Shown here: in pieces, positions 40,038 to 49,594 of the stretch
Numbering within the stretch: position 1 is the first letter of the stretch
Layout: the number at the start of each line of letters is the position of its first letter
From: Fervidicoccaceae archaeon
GTDB taxonomy: Archaea > Thermoproteota > Thermoprotei_A > Sulfolobales > Fervidicoccaceae
Length of the DNA stretch: 64,000 nt
Reading direction: 5' to 3'
Assembly: GCA_038734945.1 (NCBI GenBank)
Contig: JAVYOA010000009.1
Span: 124,001-188,000, forward strand
Notes under the pieces: model-generated
The model's database searches: none
What the model saw: the letters and a program-made list of their open reading frames with translations, nothing else
Told to the model about the DNA's origin: nothing
Program-made: the position numbers and the translations under genes

Positions 40038-40742
40038 TCAGGTATAATTCTTTAAAATTGACACTGCTTTCCTCGCATTTTCCAGCATCCAATGATCGTT
40101 ATTGAAAAAAATGTAGATTTTTTCTGGAGAAAGATTGAGAGCGCTTTCTATGAGCTCTCTTAGCTCACTTTCGTCGTAGTCATAGAAGTACCAGGATTCT
40201 CTTCCATGGAGTCTTAGATACACACTCTTTCCACTTTTTACAATCCAGGTAATTTCTGGTGAATCAACTGAGACAAGAGTGATCCCCTCTTTCTTCCCCC
40301 ATTCTAAGATTTTTTCATTATAGCAGGTCTCATTTCTGAATTCCACAGCCATTCTCTCTCCCAACCTAGTTTGTTCTCTAAATCGAGACAGCTTCCTGAG
40401 AGCTTCCTCTTTGCATTGAAAATTTGGAGAAAGCTGGAAGAGATAGAAATCAATTTTATAATCCAATGGATTGAATATGCTTTTGAATTTCTCCCAAATC
40501 GGAAAGGAGCTTTCATTCATCTTCCTTAAGTGCGTTATTAGTCTGTGAACTTTTACTGCCCATCTGATTTCCTTACTTTTGGTAACCCATCCTTTTATTT
40601 GGTTGGGGAATGGAAATCTGTAGAAGCTTGAATTAAGCTCAATAGCATTCAGTCCTGAATTCTGCTCATACCACTCAAGGCTTTTCCCCAAATTCCAGTC
40701 GTATAACCAACCGCTCGTTCCAACGTAAGCCTTCACTTTCAT
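40038..40742 (-). CDS. DUF72 family protein
   Basis: VGTSGW, IELNSSFYR, AVEFRN, YLRLHGR, FFNN. Confidence 0.9.
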   Translation of the reverse strand: MKVKAYVGTSGWLYDWNLGKSLEWYEQNSGLNAIELNSSFYRFPFPNQIKGWVTKSKEIRWAVKVHRLITHLRKMNESSFPIWEKFKSIFNPLDYKIDFYLFQLSPNFQCKEEALRKLSRFREQTRLGERMAVEFRNETCYNEKILEWGKKEGITLVSVDSPEITWIVKSGKSVYLRLHGRESWYFYDYDESELRELIESALNLSPEKIYIFFNNDHWMLENARKAVSILKNYT

Positions 40743-40801
40743 TTACCAGACATTTTTTCTCTGCTTATCCTTAAATTAATTAAGTTAAGACAAGGGGGAT
40801 T

Positions 40802-41575
40802 CTAAGCGGTCTCTTCGTTCTTCTCCACAACCAACATTTTTGCTACTTCTGGCAGGATCTCCCCAGCCTTCCTTCTAACTACTAACTCAGCTTTCCCATC
40901 AATGGGTGTAGGGGAATCGTTTATGACCACTGCTTTTGCTCCAGTGCGAATTGCTTCTTGCGGTATCAAAGCTGCAGGATAGACAGCTAGACTTGTGCCT
41001 ATGATAATTAACAATGAGGAGCTTCTAGCCATAGATAAAGCGTCCAATAGTTCTTTTTCTGGAAGGGGTTCCCCAAAGTAAACAACAGCTGGCTTTAGTA
41101 TCGAACTACATCTAGGACATCTGGGAGCTTTCTCACTCTTTTTCACCTCTTCCACAAACTTCTTCAAATCTCCTCTGAAGCTGCATCTCAAGCATTGGAC
41201 CTCATCAAATCTACCGTGTAGCTCTATCACATTTCTACTCCCAGCCTTCTGATGAAGCCTATCGATATTTTGCGTGATAACTCCTTTAACTAAACCCCCA
41301 GCTTCCAACTTTGCTGCAGCATAATGAGCAGAGTTTGGAGAAGCTCTAGAAATTGGCACATAAACTTCCTCTAGATACTTTTTCCAGGAAAAATCAGGAT
41401 CTTCCTGGAAGAACTCAATGCTAAAGATCTCTGGAGAAATCCTTTTCCAAAGACCCTTTGGACCTCGGAAATCTGGGATCCCACTCTCTGTGCTTATTCC
41501 CGCTCCTGTAAAGAGGACAACATTTCCTCTCGAACTAGCAATAAGCTCAGCAACTTTCACGATTTCGCTTGACAA
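40802..41575 (-). CDS. cobB: Sir2-family NAD-dependent deacylase
   Basis: TGAGISTESGIPDFRG, ITQNID, ELHG, CxxC..CxxC, GTSLAVYPA; start placed at the TTG after a G-rich RBS. Confidence 0.92.
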   Translation of the reverse strand: MSSEIVKVAELIASSRGNVVLFTGAGISTESGIPDFRGPKGLWKRISPEIFSIEFFQEDPDFSWKKYLEEVYVPISRASPNSAHYAAAKLEAGGLVKGVITQNIDRLHQKAGSRNVIELHGRFDEVQCLRCSFRGDLKKFVEEVKKSEKAPRCPRCSSILKPAVVYFGEPLPEKELLDALSMARSSSLLIIIGTSLAVYPAALIPQEAIRTGAKAVVINDSPTPIDGKAELVVRRKAGEILPEVAKMLVVEKNEETA

Positions 41576-41650
41576 GGAACAAAATCCCCCAATTTCTTTT
41601 TTTAAGAAAACCAATGTATTAAATACATCAACGAATACAGTCATGTAGGG

Positions 41651-42442
41651 ATGGAAATGAGGGCTACGGCAACTTTGAATGAGATAAGGCTCAGCCGATT
41701 AAAGGCTGGAGAATCCGACATTCTCATAGTATACAGCGTAGAATCTAAAGAGTTCACGGCAACTGCTATAGAAAGGAATGGAATGGTTGATCTCGATCTG
41801 GAGTGCCCATGCTCACAGAAAAAAGAAGAATTGATCAATCACCTCTCAGAAGCTGCTATCGAGGTAGGCAGAATAAGCATTAAGGCAGGATACAATGGAG
41901 GAGAGGAGTGTCTCTCTTGCACGGTGGCAGCAATCTTGACTTCAGCTTATGCTCTAGCTAAAACCATTAATGTCATGGAAGACATCGAAGCTTCACAGGA
42001 AATGAGGGCTATTCTGGCTTCATCCCTTCTCGGAGGAATCAATATCTATTCCTTTGGGAGCAGAACACCTGCTCTTCTCAGGTATTTCTATCCATCCGAG
42101 TTCATCAAAGCAATTACCATCCAATCTCAGCAATATAGGAAAAATATGGTAGTTTCAAGGGATACAATCTTCAGTATAATTGAGGGCCTCTCCTTAATAT
42201 ATGCAGGAGAAAATGAGCAGGGCACAAAGATTCTCTTGAAGGCATCTAATTCGTTCTATTCTGGTTCAGAGCTACCCATAATTCCCCTAACAACTGGGGA
42301 TATAATTCTGCTACCCTCATCAACATCTTGCAGTTCATTCCTAATGAGTCTTGGGAGCAAGATTGCGGATTATCTTAAAGACAGAGGAAATATGGCGAGA
42401 ATTTCCAGGTTGGGAAGAGGAGCAACTGTTTTGATAGATTAA
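41651..42442 (+). CDS. Hypothetical protein, possibly a degenerate homoserine-kinase (GHMP) homolog
   Basis: RATAT start, ASSLLGGINI, C-terminal GRGATVL resemble ThrB; the GxGLGSSAA loop is absent. Confidence 0.4.
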   Translation: MEMRATATLNEIRLSRLKAGESDILIVYSVESKEFTATAIERNGMVDLDLECPCSQKKEELINHLSEAAIEVGRISIKAGYNGGEECLSCTVAAILTSAYALAKTINVMEDIEASQEMRAILASSLLGGINIYSFGSRTPALLRYFYPSEFIKAITIQSQQYRKNMVVSRDTIFSIIEGLSLIYAGENEQGTKILLKASNSFYSGSELPIIPLTTGDIILLPSSTSCSSFLMSLGSKIADYLKDRGNMARISRLGRGATVLID

Positions 42443-42500
42443 AGCACAATGTACAAATCACACTGCTCTGAGTTATAGCTTAAACAGTCTTAGGATTTAC

Positions 42501-42542
42501 CTCACCTGAAAGCCTCTTCCTTTAGAGCTAGGAGGAGGTCAG
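42501..42542 (+). mobile_element. Solo IS200/IS605 end hairpin (copy B, 42 bp, decayed)
   Basis: TTTAC|ctcacct GAAAGCCTCTTCCTTTAGAGCTAGGAGGAGGTCAG; supplies the polB2 stop codon. Confidence 0.7.
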
Positions 42543-44168
42543 GAAAGATAACTGCGGGCAAAGCCTCCTAGGATGATTGTTTGAGAGAAGGATGCTTATA
42601 ACTTTCTGCTCAATTCCTGGATGCACTTCTACCCCTTCTAGTTCTGGGCATCTAACACCCTTTATAACTAGTCTTCCCTCGTCAGTTATTCCGTAGTATC
42701 TATTCGGCGCACCGCTATGTGCAATATTATTAGTTCTTGGAATAACTAAGTATTTGTACAGGGCTTCAATTTTTAACTTCATACCAGTCTCAGCTTCTAT
42801 TTTCTTTCTCAGCATCTGAGCTTCCTGATAGTCTATTCTATCTCCGGATTTCCAGAGAAAGAGGCTATCTACAATGAAGTGTATCACTTTATAGCCCATT
42901 TCCGATGCTACACTCATGGCCATTCTCATTATCTCTCTGGAGATTGAAACAACACTCTCATATGCAAGGACGCTCCCAAACCTCGCATTGCGATAGCCCA
43001 GATACCCAAAGCTTGCGACCATTATCCACTTCAATGCCTTTTCTCTTTCAGAATCTATCCATTTTCCGGTTGCTTTCAGCAATTCCCTTCTCTCGACAAG
43101 CTTACTGAGCACCTGAGAAACAATGCCAACTCTATCTAGGCATACGCTGTGAAGCGAACCAAGGGGAATTGTCTTCTTGGAGCATCCTGGTCTCTCCACA
43201 GTTTCCGGAGATATGTTAAATTTCGCTATAATTGCTGGATATAAGCTTGAGAAATCCAGCTGAAGAGCATTTCTGTACAGGCCAGGCCTTGGCAGTCCCA
43301 CGAGCCCACCATTATCAGCTCTCAGTATTTCCTCAACACTTCTCCACCCTCCTACTCCCGATCTCACTTTTGGAATCAGCATCTTTCTTTGAAAAGCCTC
43401 CAAGGCCTCTATTTCGGTGAGTATCTGACCTATGCTTCTTCTCGCAGTATCTCTCAGGTTTGTAAAGGATATTCTCGATAGCTCAATTAGTCCTATGATA
43501 CTATCAACAGGATTTCTCCTTTCTTCGATGCATATAGGAGATCCAAGGCTTCTGCAATCTAAGCTTTTACTCTCAATAAGTGATATATGATGTTCCCTTC
43601 CAATGCTGGCTACATCCTCATTAAGGAGGCTTTTCCTGTTCATATTGATTCTTCTTTCAACAATTTCTCCTTCCTTCCTCAGCACTGAAGAGAAGAGCAC
43701 AATTTTCTCGCCAGTTTCCTTCACACGTAGAATTCTGAGCGACGGAATATCTAGCACTAGATCCCATGGATCTTTCCCTTCCCACTGAAGTAATGGTATG
43801 CCCTTTCTCATTAGCACCAGTGACTTTGCAGATGGCTGCACGTTTACTCTCTCTATCCCAAGATCTTCCAGCCTTTCGATAAGCTTTAAAAAGCTCTGAT
43901 AGCAGTCAACTTCAACTCTGACAACTTCTCCCGAGACTTCATACCAAGGAGGTAAAAACCACTCCTCTATAGCAACTTCTCTAACAAATGGAATCCTTTT
44001 AAGAGAATTCGCAACTTCTTCGCTTTTAAATCGATGCGGTATTAGGTAGAAGGGATAGCTGCTATTGATCTCTCTTTCGAGCAACTCACCTTCATTTGTA
44101 AGCTGAAGCAGTCTTATTTTTCCTCTCAAAAACTCAGCCTTTAGGTTCCATTTTTCCCCCAATTTCAT
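42528..44168 (-). CDS. polB2: Family B DNA polymerase, PolB2 (Dpo2) type
   Basis: LDFSSLYPAII, NISPET, KWIMVASFGYLG, altered motif C IVDSLF; no recognisable exonuclease motifs. Confidence 0.88.
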   Translation of the reverse strand: MKLGEKWNLKAEFLRGKIRLLQLTNEGELLEREINSSYPFYLIPHRFKSEEVANSLKRIPFVREVAIEEWFLPPWYEVSGEVVRVEVDCYQSFLKLIERLEDLGIERVNVQPSAKSLVLMRKGIPLLQWEGKDPWDLVLDIPSLRILRVKETGEKIVLFSSVLRKEGEIVERRINMNRKSLLNEDVASIGREHHISLIESKSLDCRSLGSPICIEERRNPVDSIIGLIELSRISFTNLRDTARRSIGQILTEIEALEAFQRKMLIPKVRSGVGGWRSVEEILRADNGGLVGLPRPGLYRNALQLDFSSLYPAIIAKFNISPETVERPGCSKKTIPLGSLHSVCLDRVGIVSQVLSKLVERRELLKATGKWIDSEREKALKWIMVASFGYLGYRNARFGSVLAYESVVSISREIMRMAMSVASEMGYKVIHFIVDSLFLWKSGDRIDYQEAQMLRKKIEAETGMKLKIEALYKYLVIPRTNNIAHSGAPNRYYGITDEGRLVIKGVRCPELEGVEVHPGIEQKVISILLSNNHPRRLCPQLSFLTSS

Positions 44169-44388
44169 CTATCCTCTTCAAGGCTCTTATCAATCCAGCT
44201 AACAGCACGGCATATTCTTTGTCATATGGAGGCACAGCCTTGAAAATAGGAGCAAGATCTATGTATCCATCGAGGATCTCCTCAAACGCCTTCTTTACTT
44301 CAGGGTCATGAGCATACTCCATCATTTTCTTCAATCTCTCTATTTCAACTTCTAGAGCCATTCTAGCAGAAGGTATTGTCCTTCCCAT
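44134..44388 (-). CDS. Small PolB2-associated protein (arCOG07300-like)
   Basis: MGRTIPSAR start; sits between the RadA-like gene and polB2. Confidence 0.75.
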   Translation of the reverse strand: MGRTIPSARMALEVEIERLKKMMEYAHDPEVKKAFEEILDGYIDLAPIFKAVPPYDKEYAVLLAGLIRALKRIDEIGGKMEPKG

Positions 44389-45056
44389 TCTCTCCTTACC
44401 TCGTTAAGCTCTCTTATAGCTCCTAGAGCTGAGGACTCTGGCCTAGAGGGGTGCTTAATTAAGATTGCTCTATAGCTTCTGCTCCCTCTTCTCTCAATCT
44501 TGACTAGTATGCTAGCTGAATGATGATGCATCTTTCCTCCTTCAGGAAGATACCTTCCAAATTTCGTTATTCGATTGAAGAGAACTATTCTCTTTCCTTT
44601 AGCTATAGCTTCTCTGAACGATGCTGTAAGGGGAGTCAGCTTCCAATATTCCCTAGGATATTTGGGAGAGTGGACATAGGGATCTATTATGACAATTGTG
44701 CCAAGTTTCAGCGATATAGCTTCTCTTATCATGCCTATGGCGTCTTCGAGCCTGAAGGCTCTCGAGATCAGGAGGCCATCTTCTGAGCATCCAAGCGCTC
44801 TAAGCATCATTCTCAACATATAGATATCATAGTTCATCGCTCTTTCCTGCACTATGCCTAGTGCAGCTCCACCGTTGCAATGAAAGTTTGCTGTTGCTAT
44901 ATAGGATGCCCGAAGGACTAGATCCAGTTCCTCCCCATAAATTTCAGCAATCGCTCCAGTTGGTATGCAACCTATGATCTGATCTATTGTAGGGATCCCC
45001 GTCTCAATGCAGCTATTTCTGGAGAGCTTATCGCATGTACTCATGTTCCTTTCCAA
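44352..45056 (-). CDS. Inactivated RadA/RecA-like protein of the PolB2 operon
   Basis: IETGIPTIDQIIG, AEIYG followed by a degenerate Walker A, SRAF, GGKMHHH, LIKHP. Confidence 0.75.
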   Translation of the reverse strand: MERNMSTCDKLSRNSCIETGIPTIDQIIGCIPTGAIAEIYGEELDLVLRASYIATANFHCNGGAALGIVQERAMNYDIYMLRMMLRALGCSEDGLLISRAFRLEDAIGMIREAISLKLGTIVIIDPYVHSPKYPREYWKLTPLTASFREAIAKGKRIVLFNRITKFGRYLPEGGKMHHHSASILVKIERRGSRSYRAILIKHPSRPESSALGAIRELNEVRREWEGQYLLLEWL

Positions 45057-45315
45057 GCCCCAGGAGCTTTAACTCGATATTTTCTTTCAGAATTTCTTGG
45101 TAGAAAAGCATAAATGAACGAACTGTAGAGAGAGGGAGGTGATCGAAAGTATTTAACAAAAGGAAGCTTGGCCTCCTTTCCTTTTCCTGCTAAAAAACGA
45201 ACCTTTCCCTTTGTCAGTTCATTCATATGTATTTTGCATTTCCGGTGCAAAAAAAAAGCAGGGACCTCTTGCTATGAATACATATAAGGAGCAAGCCCTC
45301 ATGCGAGGTAACTTT

Positions 45316-45990
45316 TTATTTAATGCTCTCTGTTAGGCCCTTGCTGAGAACTCTCAAGGATTCAACAATTTCATGTACTACTCCATGTTCAGCTCTGGAG
45401 ACAATTTCAACAGCATTAATTTGCTTATATGCTGAAATCTTGCGAATAGGGGCATAACTAGAATTAATTATTCCTGCTAGCAGTTCAACATCTGCAGCGC
45501 TCTCATAGAATAATTCAAATTTTCCTTGTTTTGTTTGAATGGAAGTTGTGTTCAGCCTATCCATTCGACTACCCAGATCTCTAGAGAGAGTTCTCAGCAA
45601 TCTGCTCTCGCTCTTTTTCACAGCATGAGCATCTCTCAAAATCTTTTTACCTGCCAATTCAATCATTATTGTTACCCTATCTTCATGCTTTAAGACTTTA
45701 GCTATTGGATAGTAGAAAAGGGAGTGCTTTGGAGTTGTAGTTAGTAGGACAAATGCCCTCCTTCCATCACCTAGCTTATATTTTGCTCTATATCCAACCA
45801 AATATCCTAGAAGCATATACTCTTTATCCTTTGGTCTGAACTCCCTTTCAAGTTCATCTGTGAAATCCTTCATGAACTTTAGAATTTTCTTCCTCATTTT
45901 AAAATACCAAAAAACGGAAGCAACTGAAATTATCATGAGAGCAGATAATCCAATAACCTCAAGTAAGAAAACAATTTCCAAGCTTATCAT
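45316..45990 (-). CDS. Hypothetical membrane-anchored protein in the cstA/ArsA cluster
   Basis: N-terminal TM helix; overlaps the ArsA-family stop codon. Confidence 0.65.
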   Translation of the reverse strand: MISLEIVFLLEVIGLSALMIISVASVFWYFKMRKKILKFMKDFTDELEREFRPKDKEYMLLGYLVGYRAKYKLGDGRRAFVLLTTTPKHSLFYYPIAKVLKHEDRVTIMIELAGKKILRDAHAVKKSESRLLRTLSRDLGSRMDRLNTTSIQTKQGKFELFYESAADVELLAGIINSSYAPIRKISAYKQINAVEIVSRAEHGVVHEIVESLRVLSKGLTESIK

Positions 45991-46946
45991 CCTCTTATAA
46001 CGATAAATGAGTCTTTCAGCTTCACAATATCTTCAAGCTTTGATGGATGTATCCCCAAATGGGGGATCATTATCGATTTAATGGGAATTGAGCTAAATTC
46101 TTCAATTATGTTGTTTTGCTCTTCAATCGTTCCAAGCTTTTCAGCTATGTCCTTCGGGAGCACTCTGTTCATTACTAGCAGCTTTGGCTGAACACTCAGC
46201 TCACTTTCCAGGAAATTCAAGATCTCCCTCAACTCGAACATTGGAAGCGATTCCGGATTTGTGACTACAACATAGGAGGTCCTAGAAGGATTGCTCAAAG
46301 CCTCCCTTACCTCTCGATACGTTTCTTTCATTTCATATAGTTTCTCAAGAGCTGGATCGTTAAGCTTTACTTCTCTACCAAGCGTCTTGGATATCACATA
46401 TCTCAAGGAAACTATTCTCTCTCTTATTTCAATTAATTTATCTAACCAGATCAAATACAACTTTGGAAGGGCGAGAGTTCTCAGCGAGATTCCAGTGGGT
46501 GGCGTATCAATGACTATATACTTGAATTCCATCTTTTTATACATCTCTGATAGTTGTCTCAGAAAAACTTCTTCCTCGACTCCAGGAGCGTGTTTCATCA
46601 CTTTGACTATATCCTCTATGTTTAATACTGAGAGGGAAGGGAAGAGTTCTGCCAAAAGGTCTGAATATTTTGAGGTCAGTTCCTTGGCAGAAGCCTCGAT
46701 GTCTAGCTGAGATGCAAATAAATTCTTAAAGACCTGAACAGCTTCCATTGTTTTCTGCAAATTGAGGTACTTCAATATATGCTTTGCCGGATCGAAGCTC
46801 ACAATCAGTGTTTTTCCATAGCTGCTAAGCTCATAAGCAATCATAATCGATACAGAAGTCTTTCCTACTCCTCCTTTACCAAGAACAACAACAACGTGGG
46901 GTTCTCCCTCGAGTGGACTCAGCAATTCAGCTATTTTACTCACCAT
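45987..46946 (-). CDS. ArsA/GET3 family ATPase
   Basis: GKGGVGKTS, SFDPAKH, PGVEE, IDTPPTG, VMNR. Confidence 0.88.
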   Translation of the reverse strand: MVSKIAELLSPLEGEPHVVVVLGKGGVGKTSVSIMIAYELSSYGKTLIVSFDPAKHILKYLNLQKTMEAVQVFKNLFASQLDIEASAKELTSKYSDLLAELFPSLSVLNIEDIVKVMKHAPGVEEEVFLRQLSEMYKKMEFKYIVIDTPPTGISLRTLALPKLYLIWLDKLIEIRERIVSLRYVISKTLGREVKLNDPALEKLYEMKETYREVREALSNPSRTSYVVVTNPESLPMFELREILNFLESELSVQPKLLVMNRVLPKDIAEKLGTIEEQNNIIEEFSSIPIKSIMIPHLGIHPSKLEDIVKLKDSFIVIRG

Positions 46947-47242
46947 TCACCACCGAGGGAGGACATGAGATCTCCTAAAACATCATCCCCTCTCACAGCT
47001 CTGGACTCAAGAACCTTTATTTCATCCTTGAGGGCTTCCAGAAGCTCCATGCTTAGAATGGGAGAGACTGTTTTTACCCCAACCAATGGACCCAGGACAA
47101 TTGTCACGAAAGTTGCTAGCATTTCACTATACTCTAATTGCAAAGCACTCACGCTATCCTCGAGAACAGCTCTGTTCATTCCCTTCATGAAGAGAACAAG
47201 TTCCCTCAACAATTGCTTCATTGATTTAATCAACTTTGGCAC
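46940..47242 (-). CDS. Small protein of the CstA-ArsA cluster
   Basis: GTG start at 47242; helical with one hydrophobic segment; conserved position between cstA and an ArsA-family ATPase (from recall). Confidence 0.6.
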   Translation of the reverse strand: MPKLIKSMKQLLRELVLFMKGMNRAVLEDSVSALQLEYSEMLATFVTIVLGPLVGVKTVSPILSMELLEALKDEIKVLESRAVRGDDVLGDLMSSLGGEW

Positions 47243-48303
47243 CAGAGAGTCTCCAAGTTTGTTAATATATATTAAAAAAATTAGCTTTTTGCCCTCCTTA
47301 ATCCGTTTATGAAGAGGGCTATTAACAATATGTCCAGAATGACAGAGATTATCACTATTGTTCCTGCTCCAGCTTGATATAATGCTGGCAATCCAGGTAG
47401 CACTGCTAAGAGCCACCAGATTAGAGCAGTTGTCACTGTAACCCACAGGAACAGAGCTGGGATTATCAAAAGCAGCGATGTTTTCCCCTCACCTTCAATA
47501 TGGCATATGCCCATAGAGACGTTGTGAGAAGAGCAATGGCAGCTAGGAGCTGATTTGTCCCCGAAAATGCCGGCCATATTATATTATAGGCATAGACCGT
47601 CATAGTTCTTGTGGTTCCTGGTATGGTGACAACCATTTTAGGATATGCTAGGATTGCTCCTATTATGACAGGTAGAGCTGATGCAAACCATCTATTTGTT
47701 ATTATCTTGTGAGCTTTCTGGTTTCTTGGCTTGAGCCAATCAAAGAATTCCACCCATGCAAATCTGGCCAGCCTGTCTGCAGCATCCAGGGTTGTCATAA
47801 CGAAACCCGTTAGAGCCCAAGCGGCGAACGTTTTGAAGCCCAGGAAAGTTGAAGCAAAAACACCTGACCCAAAAATTCTCGACCAGGCTGTTGCTTGTTC
47901 CAACCCGTAACCCACTAAGAATCTGTCAATGGCTCCAAGAGAAGTTATTATTGGAGTAGCAGTTGTGTTTATTCCAATACTCTGGAGAGTGCTTTCTACG
48001 GGAAGCCCAGTCATTGAGCCAAGCTGAGCGAAATTCCATGCTAGAGCTATGGGCGTAATTACAGCCAATGAAGATACTGCTCCCTCAGTTAGCATTCCTC
48101 CATATCCAACAAGGAGTGCATCCAGCTCGTTGGAGAGCTGCTTGGATGTTGTACCAGAGCCAACTACTGAGTGGAAACCAGATAGGGCACCACATGCGAT
48201 GACAAGAGGGACGGTTGGCCAGAAATATGCAATTAGGGCGCTTCCGGTTGGAGTACCGGGAATTGCACCTATTACTGTACCTGGGCTGTTTTCTTTTTGA
48301 TAT

Positions 48304-48519
48304 TCATTTGGGTTGTTTATGCGCTTTGTAGCTGTTCATGATTTCCGTCTTGAATGTATTGAGGTACGCTGATGCTGTGTGCCTGTCCAAGCCACGCTTC
48401 TTCATCACGACGCTGTGCATGGGTGAGCTTGTGATTCCTCGGGGATCGACTAGAACTGGTTTTAACCCGTACTTCAGGCTCATGACTACCGTGTGATTTA
48501 GTAGTACTCCTCGGGCAAA
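48304..48519 (-). pseudogene. tnpB: C-terminal remnant of a TnpB-related protein
   Basis: FARGVLL..VMSLKYG..VLVDPRGITSS..H..VMKKRGLDRHTASAY resembles the C-terminus of crenarchaeal IS607-associated TnpB-like proteins (recognised from memory). Confidence 0.7.
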
Positions 48520-48579
48520 CCACCACCATTGTAAACTACTGCAGAAAAGCTTAAAATTTTTACGTAAATAATAGTATTG

Positions 48580-48785
48580 AAGTAAGGATGAACTCGATGA
48601 GCATGGCGAGGAGGACACCTCGTGCACTCTGCTTCGCTGCAGGGAGCTGGGTGAACCGCGGGCAACTGCTGGAGACAAGCTCCCGTAGGCGGGGCTGGGG
48701 AAGAACAAGCCGTTGAGAGGTGGACGGCTGAGAGGCTTAACATAAAAGAGCATAGAAGCCAATGAACAACCATCCACCAAGAAAC
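48580..48785 (+). ncRNA. Putative structured RNA inside the IS element
   Basis: Hairpin 48606-48623; 17-bp stem 48631-48648/48678-48695 enclosing a GCAA tetraloop hairpin (48658-48669); hairpin 48708-48729; several G-U pairs favour the + strand; TATA-like tract at 48550-48556. Confidence 0.6.
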
Positions 48786-49553
48786 GGCAGCAAATCCAGT
48801 ATATACAGGTCCTGTTAGAAGTAGGTCAGGTATTATCAAGGCTGCGAGGATAGCTAGCCCAGCAAATACCCACAGCAAATATGCATTCAGATAGTCTCTT
48901 GGTTGTAACAGATACCAGACTGGAAGAGCAGCTGCCAGCATGGAATATAGCGTAAGAACAACTATCCATGCCTCATATGTTAGATAGAGTGGTGTTCTCA
49001 TTGAATAGAAGAATGCTATGACGAGAATAATCAAAGCTATACCTGTTGCTAGCTTAACGCTCAGCCCTGTTCTGTAGACTAGAATTCCAAACAATAGAGC
49101 GAGCGGCATGAATATGATTGCTATTGTGGCTGCTGTAGGTGTGCTGACAAAAGTAGATGAGGCCACGCTCAAAAAGGCAGCAAGGACGAGCACGAGAGCA
49201 AACCAAACATAGGTTAGGAAAATATACTTGGCTTTTCTCCCCATAATGTTTTCACTCACGCTCATCACAGATAATCCGCCATGCCTAACGCTTGCCATGA
49301 TTGCCATATAGTCATGAACAGCTCCAATCAAGATGTTGCCTGCGAGAACCCATAGAAGCGGGAGACCCCAGCCCCATACCATTGCGATTGCTGGACCTGT
49401 AATGGGCCCTGCTCCTGCTATTGCTGCGAAGTGATGTCCATAGAGTACATACTTGTTCGCTGGAGCATAATCTATTCCATCGAATTTTTCATAGGCTGGT
49501 GTGAGCCTATCTGGGCTCGCCTTCACAACTCTTTTCTCAAGAATTTTTTTTAC

Positions 49554-49594
49554 AATCCCGAAAGCCTCGCCCCTTAGGGCGGGGAGGAGGTCAG
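49554..49594 (+). mobile_element. Solo IS200/IS605 end hairpin (copy C, 41 bp, most intact)
   Basis: TTTAC|aatccc GAAAGCCTCGCCCCTTAGGGCGGGGAGGAGGTCAG inside the 5' end of cstA. Confidence 0.8.

Larger units (their letters stand above)
48285..48785. mobile_element. Non-autonomous IS607-like element (501 bp) with TnpB remnant
   Basis: Removal restores the cstA frame (..GFAA|PGTV..); inserted in a G run with only 1 nt of overlap; imperfect end repeats GCTGTTTTCTT/AAGAAACGGC; subterminal ATRAAYA repeats at both ends. Confidence 0.8.

Noticed and set aside
45057..45315. ANTTTC UV-responsive elements and small hairpins upstream of the PolB2 operon
   Set aside because: The hexamer is too common in AT-rich DNA and its spacing to a TATA box is unclear.
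48304..48780. 158-aa ORF as a real gene
   Set aside because: It is a chimera of the antisense of the structured segment and the tnpB remnant.
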